Assembly: GCA_001856825.1 (NCBI GenBank)
Contig: ATMD01000001.1
Coordinates: 389,078 to 453,077 of the forward strand
Reading direction: 5' to 3'
Length of the DNA: 64,000 bases
From: Thermoplasmatales archaeon I-plasma
Lineage (GTDB): Archaea; Thermoplasmatota; Thermoplasmata; Thermoplasmatales; GCA-001856825
Shown: piece after piece, positions 38,548 to 48,624 of the stretch
Position numbering within the stretch: the stretch's first letter is position 1
Layout of the letters: each line of letters begins with the position of its first letter
Notes under the pieces: model-generated
Databases searched by the model: none
What the model was told of the DNA's origin: nothing
Seen by the model: only the letters and a program-made list of their open reading frames with translations
Position numbers and translations under genes: made by a program

Positions 38548-39648
38548 TCATTTCTGCTTCCAGCTGAATAATTTCACTGCTATCGCGAACAGTATTGCCG
38601 ATCCCAATAATAGCCAGACAATCTGAATGGCTACTGTAGAGATGTTCCCATAGTCCAATACAGAGATGAGTGAATTTATGAAGTAAGTGAGGGGCAGGAA
38701 CTTTGAGATGGTTACCAGGTATGCAGGGGCGAAGGTTAACGGGAAGAATACTCCTGACAGGAACATCATGGGGAACATTACCAGGTTGCCGACAACAGAA
38801 ACCGTTTCCTCATTATCTGATACTAGACCTGCTAGTATTCCTACGCTTGTGAAGAAGAATAGCCCTCCAAAAATAATCAATGCAGACGTAAGGATAGTTT
38901 CAACGTTCAGTGTGAGTGAAGCGCCAAATACGTATATTCCAATAGCAACGAGTATCACATCCGAAAGTACGAGCATTAGGAACGAGAACAGCATGTTCGC
39001 AGTTATCCATTCTGATTTTGTCAGACCGCTGAAGGATAGCTGCCTAAATAATCTCTCCCTCCTGTAGTTTGGGACGGTATAGACCATGTTGAACATCGTG
39101 CTCAGTACAGTGAAACCGATAAGACCTGGAACGTAGTAATCAATTGTCTTGCCCGTGTTACCTATGGCGACTTGCGACGAAAGGACAAGTTTCTGAGTCG
39201 TGTTGCTTGCCCTGAAGTTTATTTGGGTAAGTATGCCGTTGAGTGTCTGGTAGTCAGCGCTTGCAACAGTGGGGTTTGTGTGTCCCTTAAGTACAACGAA
39301 TCCCAATCCACCAGAGTACAGGTTAGAAGTGAAGTTAGATGGTATAAGCAGGGCAGCCTGGACTGAATTGGCAGCAATGTAGTTAGACAGGTTTTCATTC
39401 TGTGGAATCAGTTGTACCTTGAAAAGACCAGAGCTGTTTATTGCATCTACCACTCCCCATGATACGGAGGAAGGGCTTTCATTTTGGATCACAAGGGTGG
39501 ATGGGGAGTATGATGAACCAGAGAATATTGCGCCGAAGAGAAGTATCAATATTATTGGGAATGCAATCTGAAAGAAAAGTGCAGATCTTGACCTCAGGTA
39601 TGACCTAGCATGAAGGGAAAAATATGCACTTACTCTACTCAGTTTCAT
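38548..39648 (-). CDS. ABC-2 exporter permease with extracellular domain
   Basis: FPIILILLFG, Y.VPGLIG, PMMFLSGVFFP, PLTY. Confidence 0.88.
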   Translation of the reverse strand: MKLSRVSAYFSLHARSYLRSRSALFFQIAFPIILILLFGAIFSGSSYSPSTLVIQNESPSSVSWGVVDAINSSGLFKVQLIPQNENLSNYIAANSVQAALLIPSNFTSNLYSGGLGFVVLKGHTNPTVASADYQTLNGILTQINFRASNTTQKLVLSSQVAIGNTGKTIDYYVPGLIGFTVLSTMFNMVYTVPNYRRERLFRQLSFSGLTKSEWITANMLFSFLMLVLSDVILVAIGIYVFGASLTLNVETILTSALIIFGGLFFFTSVGILAGLVSDNEETVSVVGNLVMFPMMFLSGVFFPLTFAPAYLVTISKFLPLTYFINSLISVLDYGNISTVAIQIVWLLLGSAILFAIAVKLFSWKQK

Positions 39649-40549
39649 CTTCCTCGATCTCCCCAACCATTCTTATGAAAACATCCTCCAGGCTTTCTCT
39701 CTTCAGCGTAAAATCTTCGAACTTTGTCTTATGTTCAGACAAGTAATTTATTATGCTTGTTGCATCCCTTATGTTCTTCAAACGAAGCTTGATGTATGAA
39801 CCGTCCCTCTCGAACTGGAATCCTCCTTCGGCCAAATCCTTCTCCACCTGTCCGTCCCCCCTGATAATGAGATTGTCATCCTCGTGATGTCTTTCGACTA
39901 TCTCCATTGGGGTGCCTGAATCTATTATCTTGCCCTTATTCATGATTGCAACCCTGTCAGCTAGGAGCTCCGCTTCTTCCAGATAATGGGTTGTCAGGAG
40001 GATGCTCTTCCCGCGTTCCTTCAGCGTCTTTATAACATTCCATATGTTCCTCCTTGCTCTTGGGTCCAGACCCGACGTTGGTTCATCAAGGAAGAGGACT
40101 TCAGGATCGTTCACCAGAGAGAGCGCAAGGCCAAGTTTCTGTTTTTGACCTCCAGAGAGTTTCTGGAATGGTGTTGTTGCCTTATCACCCAGCTCTACCA
40201 TCTCCAATATTTCCTGAATGTCGCCAGATGCCCTTAGGGTGTGCTTGTAGAATGTAAGCGCTTCCTTTGGCGTGCTGTTGTAAATGAAAGAGAAATCCTG
40301 TGGTAGAATTCCAAGCTTGAATGTCAGTGTTCTACTTTTTTCCGGATCCTCGTTCAGAACCCTAACGTCTCCTGACGTCCTGTTCCTCACGCCTTCAAGA
40401 ATTTCAACCGTAGTTGTCTTTCCTGCACCGTTTGGGCCCAGTAGACTGAATACCTCCCCCCTCTTTATGGAGAATGAGATTCCATCAACTGCGCGAAGGT
40501 CTGAATAACTCTTGACAAGGTTGGATACGTCAATAACTGTTTCAGGCAT
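39635..40549 (-). CDS. ABC transporter ATP-binding protein
   Basis: GPNGAGKTT, LSGGQ, FLDEPTSGLD, TTHY. Confidence 0.93.
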   Translation of the reverse strand: MPETVIDVSNLVKSYSDLRAVDGISFSIKRGEVFSLLGPNGAGKTTTVEILEGVRNRTSGDVRVLNEDPEKSRTLTFKLGILPQDFSFIYNSTPKEALTFYKHTLRASGDIQEILEMVELGDKATTPFQKLSGGQKQKLGLALSLVNDPEVLFLDEPTSGLDPRARRNIWNVIKTLKERGKSILLTTHYLEEAELLADRVAIMNKGKIIDSGTPMEIVERHHEDDNLIIRGDGQVEKDLAEGGFQFERDGSYIKLRLKNIRDATSIINYLSEHKTKFEDFTLKRESLEDVFIRMVGEIEEDETE

Positions 40550-40644
40550 CTGCCACTTCAGTAGACTCAAATATTTAAGTACTCTTTATTTGATTCCGTT
40601 GGCCCTCCCAAGGTCTTGGGAAATATCATTAAATTTTAGGGATA

Positions 40645-41340
40645 CTACGCTCTCACGGAAAGTCCTTCCCAGAACTCCTTCTCCGAGTCAAGCATACCTG
40701 ATGCACCCTTCGTGAATTTCTCCCTCGCAACTCTATCATTGATGTGCTCCCCAAGAACGTTTGCCATTTCTTCCTCGTGGTGTTCCTCAAGTTCCCTGTG
40801 GAATGTGAAATATTCTATGTCCATCGACCTCAGGTTTGGGAATTTCATTCTTGCCTTCTCCAGGCCTGGTAGAAGTTTATCCCACATGGGAATTGCCATA
40901 TTCTCAAGTCCATATTCTGCCCCAAGGGCGGTGAAATGGTCGCTCGAGAAGTATTCCCTCATCTTGTCAAGCCACTGCTTCGTACTGGGCAGCTGCTTTC
41001 TGAAGATTAGCTCCTCGGGAGAGATACCGATGCTTCTCAGATACTTCCTGTAAAGCAATTCGTGTCTTTTCTTTGGATCCATATCCCCTAACTCGGAAAC
41101 TAGTATTCTTGTCAGGGACTCTGCGTCATTCTCATTAGGCGTGTTCACCAGAAGGACAGATAGTATTGAAACCCACTCCCTGGTGAAATGATAGAATTCT
41201 ACTGAGAAGTTCATGAACTCATCGTAGCTGATGTCACCCCTCGCGAATCTGTCGATGAATTCGTTGTTTGTTGCCGGGTGTTTTTTTACCATTGAGTATA
41301 TTTCCTGGTAGAACGAGTTTTCGGCATTTTTAAGTGCCAT
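40645..41340 (-). CDS. Heme-oxygenase-like diiron oxidase (PqqC/CADD/iron-containing redox enzyme family)
   Basis: SELG....RHE.LY, GAEYGLE, YF.FH...EEHH, FW motif pattern. Confidence 0.8.
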   Translation of the reverse strand: MALKNAENSFYQEIYSMVKKHPATNNEFIDRFARGDISYDEFMNFSVEFYHFTREWVSILSVLLVNTPNENDAESLTRILVSELGDMDPKKRHELLYRKYLRSIGISPEELIFRKQLPSTKQWLDKMREYFSSDHFTALGAEYGLENMAIPMWDKLLPGLEKARMKFPNLRSMDIEYFTFHRELEEHHEEEMANVLGEHINDRVAREKFTKGASGMLDSEKEFWEGLSVRA

Positions 41341-41426
41341 ATTAAAGTTAAAGGAAAACTAAATTTAAACTTTTTCAAAGTAGCTGCGGGTATTACAGTA
41401 TTTCCATCGCAAAGGGTATGGTACCC

Positions 41427-42140
41427 TTAGAGGCCTATTCCAGAATCAACGTTTATTGACTGGCCATTAATTCCGACGGATAGGTCGCTGAGGAGGAACA
41501 ATGCAACGTACGCTACCTCCAGCGTTGATACATCCTTTCTTCCGTCAAGCCCCTTGAAATTGAACGGAAGAAGATCCTCTATTTCCTTCGTTGCGTCAAC
41601 GCTGCCGGGCATCAGGGCATTGACCCTAATATTCCTCTTTCTGAGCATTGATGCAAGCTTCCTTGTCATCTCTTCAACGCCCCTCTTAGAGACTGCATAT
41701 TCAAGCGAACTGAAGCGGAATATCGCGGGGGATGCACCCACATTAACAATGCTTCCACCGCTCTCCATCAATGGAGATATGGCCTCTACTGTATTGATTG
41801 AGGATACAACATTCCGATTGAATGATTCTAATGCGTCCTTTCCGTGGAACTCTTCGCTTTTTGGCGAATATAGACCGTGATTATTGTAAAGGAAGTTGAT
41901 CTTTCCAAACTTCCCCTTAAGGAAATTACCTATTGTTGCTAGGGAAGATGGGTCTGTTGAATCACCTTTCATTAATATGAGATTTTCGTGTTTAATGTCC
42001 GGCTTATTCCCGCTCCTCGAAAATGCAACAACAGTTGCCCCTTTCTCAAGGAGAAGCTTCGCTACTGCCTTGCCCTGTCCGTTTCCTGCACCTGAAATGA
42101 GTCCAACCTTGCCTTCAAAAGATTTTGCGAAATAATCCAT
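41427..42140 (-). CDS. Short-chain dehydrogenase/reductase
   Basis: SGAGNGQG, YAVSK, IRVNALMPG, GQSINVD.G. Confidence 0.92.
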   Translation of the reverse strand: MDYFAKSFEGKVGLISGAGNGQGKAVAKLLLEKGATVVAFSRSGNKPDIKHENLILMKGDSTDPSSLATIGNFLKGKFGKINFLYNNHGLYSPKSEEFHGKDALESFNRNVVSSINTVEAISPLMESGGSIVNVGASPAIFRFSSLEYAVSKRGVEEMTRKLASMLRKRNIRVNALMPGSVDATKEIEDLLPFNFKGLDGRKDVSTLEVAYVALFLLSDLSVGINGQSINVDSGIGL

Positions 42141-42218
42141 GCCTGCCTATCGTAAAAGTGCCTTAAGGTTTTTTCTCTGGAAATCTGATGGAGATATAGG
42201 ACTTATCAGGCACTTCTT

Positions 42219-43865
42219 CTATTCCCCAAATATCACCCTTCTATAGATTGCAAGTGCTATTCCCGAGAATATCAGGACAGTTCCAAGTGCCATGCCAACT
42301 ACCATTGCATCTGACGTAGGATTCAGCTTCAGTGAAAGTCCTAGAAGAACCCAGGACATAAGCGTCAGCAGCCCTATTGAAACATAAGCTCCAAGCGGTA
42401 TCTTGTTCAGCTTCTTGTCTGGAAGTTGCTCAGCAGTTCTTGCTGTACCGATTGCAAGGAATCCAAGAGCAGTTCCTGATATGGCAACCTTGCCGAGTGC
42501 TAGCACGGAGAAATGTGTTATGAAGTAAGTGAATGAATATCCAGTAAGAATGACGGTTATTACCAGTCCTATGATGAAAATGAAGAAGGATGTGGTTGTC
42601 GTCTTTCCGCCTATCTTCAGCTTACCTTTCTTCCAGAGCTTTGAGATACCGAAAATTGCGATGAACGTTATTATGGCAGGAGGAAGGAGCACAAGTGCTA
42701 CTGTGGGGGAAGGGATGATCACTCCAGGCTCGAAAGCTCCCCACACGCTGAGGAGTATCAGGTATACTATGCTAATTATTCCTAGGGAGGTGGTAATGGG
42801 CCTGTCCAGAGGATGAAGGGAATTTCCGCTATCGAGGAACGGGATTAAGAGGAAATAGATCAGTGGGAGTAGGCCGAACACTATTGATGCATTGAGCGGC
42901 CCCATGGCATTTGTGAACATGCCGAAGTCAACGGCCTTGTAAAGGAACAACAGGAACCAGGGAGGATATGCAGGAATAAGTGCTGCAGCAGCACTGGTGG
43001 GAGAAGGTCCTGGGAAAGGAGATATCAGAATAGGTGTGTTCGGGATGAGACCTACGAAGCTTGGTATAAGAATTATGAAGCCTATCGTGAGGAGGCCGAG
43101 TTCTACAAGATAAAGAAGGTTTGAAGGGTACCAGGGCTTCATTTCATGTGTTTCAGGCGTGGTGGCAGGTGCCTTGTACTTGCTGATTTTAGAAGATGGA
43201 AGCATTGTATTTGCCTCCGCAAGGTAGAAGTGGTACCCAAATAGAAGGGCAATCAATGCAGCCATTATTATATGATATCCAAGGAACTTCGAGAACAGGC
43301 TCGCGGCAGTACCATTCCCGAACCCTACCGCGGCTAGCCACTGTCCTATGCCTGGAATGAGGCTTGCAATGCCTCTCCCAACGTCTTGGGCATCGTATGA
43401 AAGGACGTCCCCAGTAAGAGAATAACCAAAGTATCCTGCCCCTATTGTCAGTGCGAGAAGTATGACGCCTATTATCCATTGCAGTTCCCTTGGCTTCTTG
43501 TACGCACCAACAAAGTAATTCCTGAACATATGCACATATACCAGTATAATCATAGCATATGCTCCGTATAGGTGCGTTGAGAGAATGAGTTTCCCGAATG
43601 GAACTGAATCAAGTATGTAGGTAGTGGACGTATATGGGCTGGATGGATTGTAGTAGAGAAGGAGTATGAGACCAGTCAGGACTTCGTATGTGAATGCGAT
43701 GGTTATTAGGGCTCCTGTCCAGTACCATTTGCCACCCCATTTCCTCATGTAGTCTGGTGTTTTCCTGAGGGGTAATTTCTCCAGTTGTGTTCTGTCAATC
43801 AGCCACTCGCTTGCTCCGCTTCCCTTCAGTTTTGCCTTCTCAATTCTCTCTTTAATTGACGACAT
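42219..43865 (-). CDS. Cytochrome b of Rieske/cyt b complex (long archaeal SoxC/SoxN-like form)
   Basis: Heme His pairs (STHLYGA, YVHMFR, GYHII, GYHFY), KPRELQW, YPPWF Qo motif, extra C-terminal TMs. Confidence 0.92.
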   Translation of the reverse strand: MSSIKERIEKAKLKGSGASEWLIDRTQLEKLPLRKTPDYMRKWGGKWYWTGALITIAFTYEVLTGLILLLYYNPSSPYTSTTYILDSVPFGKLILSTHLYGAYAMIILVYVHMFRNYFVGAYKKPRELQWIIGVILLALTIGAGYFGYSLTGDVLSYDAQDVGRGIASLIPGIGQWLAAVGFGNGTAASLFSKFLGYHIIMAALIALLFGYHFYLAEANTMLPSSKISKYKAPATTPETHEMKPWYPSNLLYLVELGLLTIGFIILIPSFVGLIPNTPILISPFPGPSPTSAAAALIPAYPPWFLLFLYKAVDFGMFTNAMGPLNASIVFGLLPLIYFLLIPFLDSGNSLHPLDRPITTSLGIISIVYLILLSVWGAFEPGVIIPSPTVALVLLPPAIITFIAIFGISKLWKKGKLKIGGKTTTTSFFIFIIGLVITVILTGYSFTYFITHFSVLALGKVAISGTALGFLAIGTARTAEQLPDKKLNKIPLGAYVSIGLLTLMSWVLLGLSLKLNPTSDAMVVGMALGTVLIFSGIALAIYRRVIFGE

Positions 43866-43874
43866 TTATTAACC

Positions 43875-44600
43875 TCATATCGTAAACGGGTTTCCAAGAT
43901 TGGTAACTTCAGTTGTTGTGCCTGGTATCGGCGACTCACCAGTAAGGTCCGAAGCCCTTCCATATATAGTCGGGCCTACCATATTTGAAACATAAAGTTC
44001 ATCTGTGGTGGAATCCCAGACAAGCTTAACCATTGGAAGAGGGTGCGTGGTTGGGCCAGTCAGCACTGCGGCTCCGGCTGTCGGATCGTAAGTACTTCCG
44101 TGGCACAGGCAGTGAAAGACTCCTGTGTAGGTCTTCCCCTGCAGAGTTATTGATTCCACCCCATTCGGATAGAATCTCAGTTCTGGAAAGATGCAACCAA
44201 GATGTTGGCAGATGCCGCTGAATGCTACTATTGACCCATACTTCCCTACTCCAGCATATGATTCGTACGTAGTACCATCCGCCGGAATCGTCACCTTTGT
44301 TGCTGGAATATTTATGGGGTTCCCACTTGCATCACCAAGATTTACTATGTTGTTGGGCGTACTTTGGAGCGGATAGTTGAACTGCATTGCAGAAGGATTG
44401 TTAACAGCCAGGTTCGAGGCAAGGATCGGGCTTCCTGAAGAGTCAACAAGTTGAAGATTTGGGAAGCTGGAAATGCCAAGTGCGGGTGGAGCCAATGCAC
44501 GTACAACAACCCCCAGCGAGAGACCTGCCCCCGCAACGATAGACGCGGTAACCATAAGCTTCAGGAAATTTCGCTTATTTTCATCTATCCCCTCATTCAT
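43875..44600 (-). CDS. Rieske [2Fe-2S] protein (SoxL/SoxF-like)
   Basis: Tat-like KRNFLK, CQHLGC and CLCHGSTYD boxes, GP...PL. Confidence 0.95.
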   Translation of the reverse strand: MNEGIDENKRNFLKLMVTASIVAGAGLSLGVVVRALAPPALGISSFPNLQLVDSSGSPILASNLAVNNPSAMQFNYPLQSTPNNIVNLGDASGNPINIPATKVTIPADGTTYESYAGVGKYGSIVAFSGICQHLGCIFPELRFYPNGVESITLQGKTYTGVFHCLCHGSTYDPTAGAAVLTGPTTHPLPMVKLVWDSTTDELYVSNMVGPTIYGRASDLTGESPIPGTTTEVTNLGNPFTI

Positions 44601-44673
44601 TTGATTTCCAAATTAAGAATACTATTTTAACCTTTTTAGTAAAGTTATAAATTTTAGGTATGACTAAGGAAAG

Positions 44674-45285
44674 GTGTCCCGTCTAGGACTTACTGTTCTT
44701 TCAATGATGTTTGTCATCTTTTTTGCGCTGAGCTACACGTTCAGCCTGACGGGCAACAGCTCCTTCTATTGGGCCAGTGTTTTGTTTGGCATTCTCACGA
44801 TTCCAGCGGCCGCAGCACTTAATGGTAAAGAGATGATGCAAGATTTTTCTGTGTCGGTGCTTTACTTTATAACGCTAATCTCTGTATTGGTGGCGCTCAC
44901 TTTTTTCATTTCCATTGTTGACTATAGATGGGGCACCACTATACCCCTGATATTTATAACTCCAGTAATTGTCGAGGAATTTAATTTCAGATATCTCCTA
45001 CAGCGTGTCTTCCTCAAGAAGTTTTCACCCTATATTGCATTGTCTCTTCAGGCAGTTCTATATTCACTGTACTATGCAAGGTATGCAATAGCAGCAGGAG
45101 GGGTTGCCTATCCTTTTCCTTACAACATCGTTCTCGTAACATCGATGTTCGGAATGGGTCTTGTTTACGGAATTCTTGCAAAGCTCTCAAAAAACTTCTT
45201 CCTTCCTGCAACCGTTCATCTCATTCTCTGGTCACTTTTTCCCTGGCTGCCAGCTGCAATTGCCTCTACAATTCTTCCGGCGTGA
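44674..45285 (+). CDS. CPBP (CAAX/Abi) family intramembrane metalloprotease-like protein
   Basis: P.VEEFNFR motif 1, VHLILW motif; the usual FxxxH motif reads YSLYY. Confidence 0.7.
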   Translation: MSRLGLTVLSMMFVIFFALSYTFSLTGNSSFYWASVLFGILTIPAAAALNGKEMMQDFSVSVLYFITLISVLVALTFFISIVDYRWGTTIPLIFITPVIVEEFNFRYLLQRVFLKKFSPYIALSLQAVLYSLYYARYAIAAGGVAYPFPYNIVLVTSMFGMGLVYGILAKLSKNFFLPATVHLILWSLFPWLPAAIASTILPA

Positions 45286-45336
45286 TGAATGTCAGCAGTG
45301 ACGGAATTTTATAATAGAATCTAACATTGCTCCTCA

Positions 45337-47298
45337 ATGGACCTGGGGTCTGTCATTTCCATTGCAGTAATTTCATCGATGATAACCATCATCGTGTTCA
45401 CGGAATACGTTGTTTCCTCGGGAAAAGTGACCAGACTCAGGAAATATGCACTCTATTTCATCCTCTTCATGATGGCAACAATGTTCATCGGAGTTGGCTG
45501 GTATCTTTCTGTTCCCCCTGGATTCCTTTCCGCAATAATTGCGATAAACATCGTCATGATCCCGATGATCGCCTTTCTTGTCCTTCTCTTCTTTTTCTAC
45601 TCAATGGAAAGCCCGCCCAAGGGAAATTTTGACAGGTTCATTTTCCCAGCATTCTTCCTGCTCAACGAGTTCTTCATGACGTATTTTGTCTTCATAATTC
45701 TGGGTATGAAGTTCTCATCATCCCTTATGGCAGAAATACCGCAGATGGTCAATTCGTTCGTATTCGTTGTTCCAATGGAAGTGGAAATGGTATTTTCAAT
45801 CGTTCTTTTCAAGATGAAGGGAACGACAAGATACCTTCTCATTGCACTGGCTATGATGGATTTCCTCTCTCCTGCCCTCTTTGGTCAGCACGCCTTCCTT
45901 CTTACAGTTACTAACGCTCTGATAATGGTAGGTGGAATGATAATTCTCCTCGAAGAGGTATCGTCCTCCAAGTCCAAGATAATAGCAGACAAGAGGAGGA
46001 TAATAGATATCTCTGTTGTTATCTACCTTCTGAATTCATTCGGTTTCTTCGTGGAGTATTCAACTGGACATAATATGGAGGCTGACTGGTTCGTGTACTC
46101 TGCTTCCGTCCTGATTGGGATGTTCCTCTACTTCTTCTTCATCTTCAGCGGAAGGAACAACAGGACGCTGGAAAGCTGGGTCAGCAGGCGGTGGTGGCTA
46201 TTCTTCATACTGCTAAGCACATTCGTCACTGAACTTTTGATGAGCATCCCACTTGATATATTCACAGGTATATTCCCTACAAGCGGTACGGGTATCAGCT
46301 CCATAGCGTACCTGGTAACAAATGCGGGCGGAAGTGCAGGTGTTATCCACTTAGGCGGAAACGTCCTCCTCTCAATAGTTCCCTTCATAGCAATAGTCGC
46401 AAATGCACCCATGTTCCTTCTTCTCATGGGGCTTGAGATGGGTGCCTTGGTAGTATTCAGGATGAAGAAGATCAAGTGGCTGGAGAAGAGGGTTAATCTA
46501 TCATTCGCCCTGATTGCTTATTTCACCTACACGCTGTATGGGCCCAACTACATCCTAGGATGGTCAAAATTACCCCTTTGGGCAAATGTAGGTGCGTTGG
46601 GTCCAGTACGCACTAGCCTCATAATACCCTTGATACTGTCGTATGTGGTGTATGCTGTCCTAGCACTGTTCTTTGGTAGAAGGTCATACTGCGGTACCCT
46701 TTGCCCCTCCGCAGTGATGTACGGTGGAACGCTCGGTCAGGAAATGATTTCGTTGAACTACAAATCCAGGACTAGCAAGAAGAATATAGGGAGCAGATAT
46801 TCCTCCTTTATCCAGAAGATCATCGCTGGAAGCTGGATATTCATGCTTGCATCTGCAATGGCAAGTTTTGCCATATCCATCAAGGTCATTAATTTGCCGT
46901 TCGATCCTGCTATTCTTTACTCCTACCTGATATGGAATTTGCTCTGGTATGTCTTTTTCATATCTATCCCGTTTGTGGGAATGAGTCCTTGCAGGAGATA
47001 TGGGTGGTGCACGACGGGAACGTTCGTCGGATTTTTCAGCAAGCTTGGCTTCTTCAAGATCAAGGCTGTGGATCCAAACGTGTGCTTCAGGTGCCCTACG
47101 AAGGACTGCGTCACTGCATGTGAGGTAGGTCTCGGAGACCTGCCAGCTCAGTTCATCAAGAATGGATATTTCAAAAGCCAGAAGTGCGTCGGTTCTGGAT
47201 CCTGTATAGAAGCCTGTCCTTATGACAACATCTACTTCTACGATATAAGGAATGTACTGAAAGAAAGGCTAGCTTCCAAAGGTCCTCACACTGAGTAG
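45337..47298 (+). CDS. Polytopic membrane protein with NapH/CcoG-type CxxxCP motif and C-terminal 4Fe-4S domain
   Basis: RRSYCGTLCPS, CRRYGWC, CFRCPTKDCVTAC, CVGSGSCIEACP. Confidence 0.85.
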   Translation: MDLGSVISIAVISSMITIIVFTEYVVSSGKVTRLRKYALYFILFMMATMFIGVGWYLSVPPGFLSAIIAINIVMIPMIAFLVLLFFFYSMESPPKGNFDRFIFPAFFLLNEFFMTYFVFIILGMKFSSSLMAEIPQMVNSFVFVVPMEVEMVFSIVLFKMKGTTRYLLIALAMMDFLSPALFGQHAFLLTVTNALIMVGGMIILLEEVSSSKSKIIADKRRIIDISVVIYLLNSFGFFVEYSTGHNMEADWFVYSASVLIGMFLYFFFIFSGRNNRTLESWVSRRWWLFFILLSTFVTELLMSIPLDIFTGIFPTSGTGISSIAYLVTNAGGSAGVIHLGGNVLLSIVPFIAIVANAPMFLLLMGLEMGALVVFRMKKIKWLEKRVNLSFALIAYFTYTLYGPNYILGWSKLPLWANVGALGPVRTSLIIPLILSYVVYAVLALFFGRRSYCGTLCPSAVMYGGTLGQEMISLNYKSRTSKKNIGSRYSSFIQKIIAGSWIFMLASAMASFAISIKVINLPFDPAILYSYLIWNLLWYVFFISIPFVGMSPCRRYGWCTTGTFVGFFSKLGFFKIKAVDPNVCFRCPTKDCVTACEVGLGDLPAQFIKNGYFKSQKCVGSGSCIEACPYDNIYFYDIRNVLKERLASKGPHTE

Positions 47299-48624
47299 GT
47301 AGATGTTGGAGAACCACATTACCGGGAGGCTGAGTATTAAAATGAAGACTGAGAAATTTATTACAGCGATTTCAGAAAAGCCAGTGAAAATTGAAATGGA
47401 GAACAGTGTTATATAAAGGAAGACCGCAGTTATCATCGTCTCCATCGAGAATATCAGTTCAATCAAACCGACCTTCGTTATCGTTCTCCTGTTCTTGAAT
47501 GAAAGCGATAGTATGAGGCCGGCAATGAGGCCCGCAAAATTGTATGCCTCGAAAATGTAAGGAACAGTAAGTGCCTCATTTATGAGGTGGGGCCAGAACA
47601 TTATTGCCTGAATTGCGAATGCCACTACGATGGAGAACATCGGGAGGCTCCTCTTTACCGGTATGGCAAATCCTAGCAGGAAGCCAGATATTATAGAGAG
47701 GAATGATACTAATCCGAAAAGTGCAAGATCGTAAACAAGACCAGTTGAAACGATATAGAATTCCAACGTCAGTATTATTACAAAGATGCTTACGACCATC
47801 CAGGGTCTGAACTTTGGGAACTTCATCCTGATGGGGTTGTGAAGGTAGATGTTCGTTAAGATTAGAAGGCCTGCGGACAGGAATATGAAAAATGGGAGAA
47901 TAGAAAGAGCAAGGGAGGATACCGTTCCAGATAGAACCCCTATTGTGTTCTCACATTGGCAGGCTAATGCTGCCACTACTGCCCCGGTGGCGGATGCCGT
48001 ACTCCCTGAATTGGACCCCTTGAGTATAAGCATTGTATTGTCTGCAGTCAGGTACGAAATGACAGGGAATAAGACTGCCGTGAGGGGAGAGAATGAAAGT
48101 GTTGCTCCCCTAAGGCCTATAACTATTCCGTATGCATATGTGAATGGAATCCCTAGTGGGGAGGAGTTATCGTATATGGAAAATGCGTAACCAGTGGAAT
48201 TTAATGGGTTTATGGGTGTTGCTGCAAACCTCAGACTGGTGGAAAGCAATATGATGACCATGAAAACAAGGAAGGCTATGGTTCCAGTAGAAAAATCCAG
48301 TCTTTTCCTGTTTGATACAAAAAACCTGATGGATAATAAGACGGCGATTGCATAAAAGAATGCAAATCTCCACAGCCCAGTTGAAATCATGATGATTAAG
48401 ATCGCTATGGAAATGTAGGACGTGATAAGATAGAGTCGTCCCATCCTCCCTCTAAGCAGGGAGACCATCAAAATCCCACCAAAAATGGCCACTTCAGTTA
48501 CAATAAGTTCCAGCAGCACGTCCCTTTCAACTATGATGCCCTTCAGGATGAAAGGCGCATTCCAAAGCAACACAACAGCAATGAATGGAAGCGCAATCAG
48601 GACTTTGTTGTTCTTCAGATTCAT
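47269..48624 (-). CDS. Uncharacterised polytopic membrane protein with CQC motif
   Basis: About 12 TM; ALACQCE; overlaps the heme O synthase stop. Confidence 0.8.
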   Translation of the reverse strand: MNLKNNKVLIALPFIAVVLLWNAPFILKGIIVERDVLLELIVTEVAIFGGILMVSLLRGRMGRLYLITSYISIAILIIMISTGLWRFAFFYAIAVLLSIRFFVSNRKRLDFSTGTIAFLVFMVIILLSTSLRFAATPINPLNSTGYAFSIYDNSSPLGIPFTYAYGIVIGLRGATLSFSPLTAVLFPVISYLTADNTMLILKGSNSGSTASATGAVVAALACQCENTIGVLSGTVSSLALSILPFFIFLSAGLLILTNIYLHNPIRMKFPKFRPWMVVSIFVIILTLEFYIVSTGLVYDLALFGLVSFLSIISGFLLGFAIPVKRSLPMFSIVVAFAIQAIMFWPHLINEALTVPYIFEAYNFAGLIAGLILSLSFKNRRTITKVGLIELIFSMETMITAVFLYITLFSISIFTGFSEIAVINFSVFILILSLPVMWFSNIYLLSVRTFGS

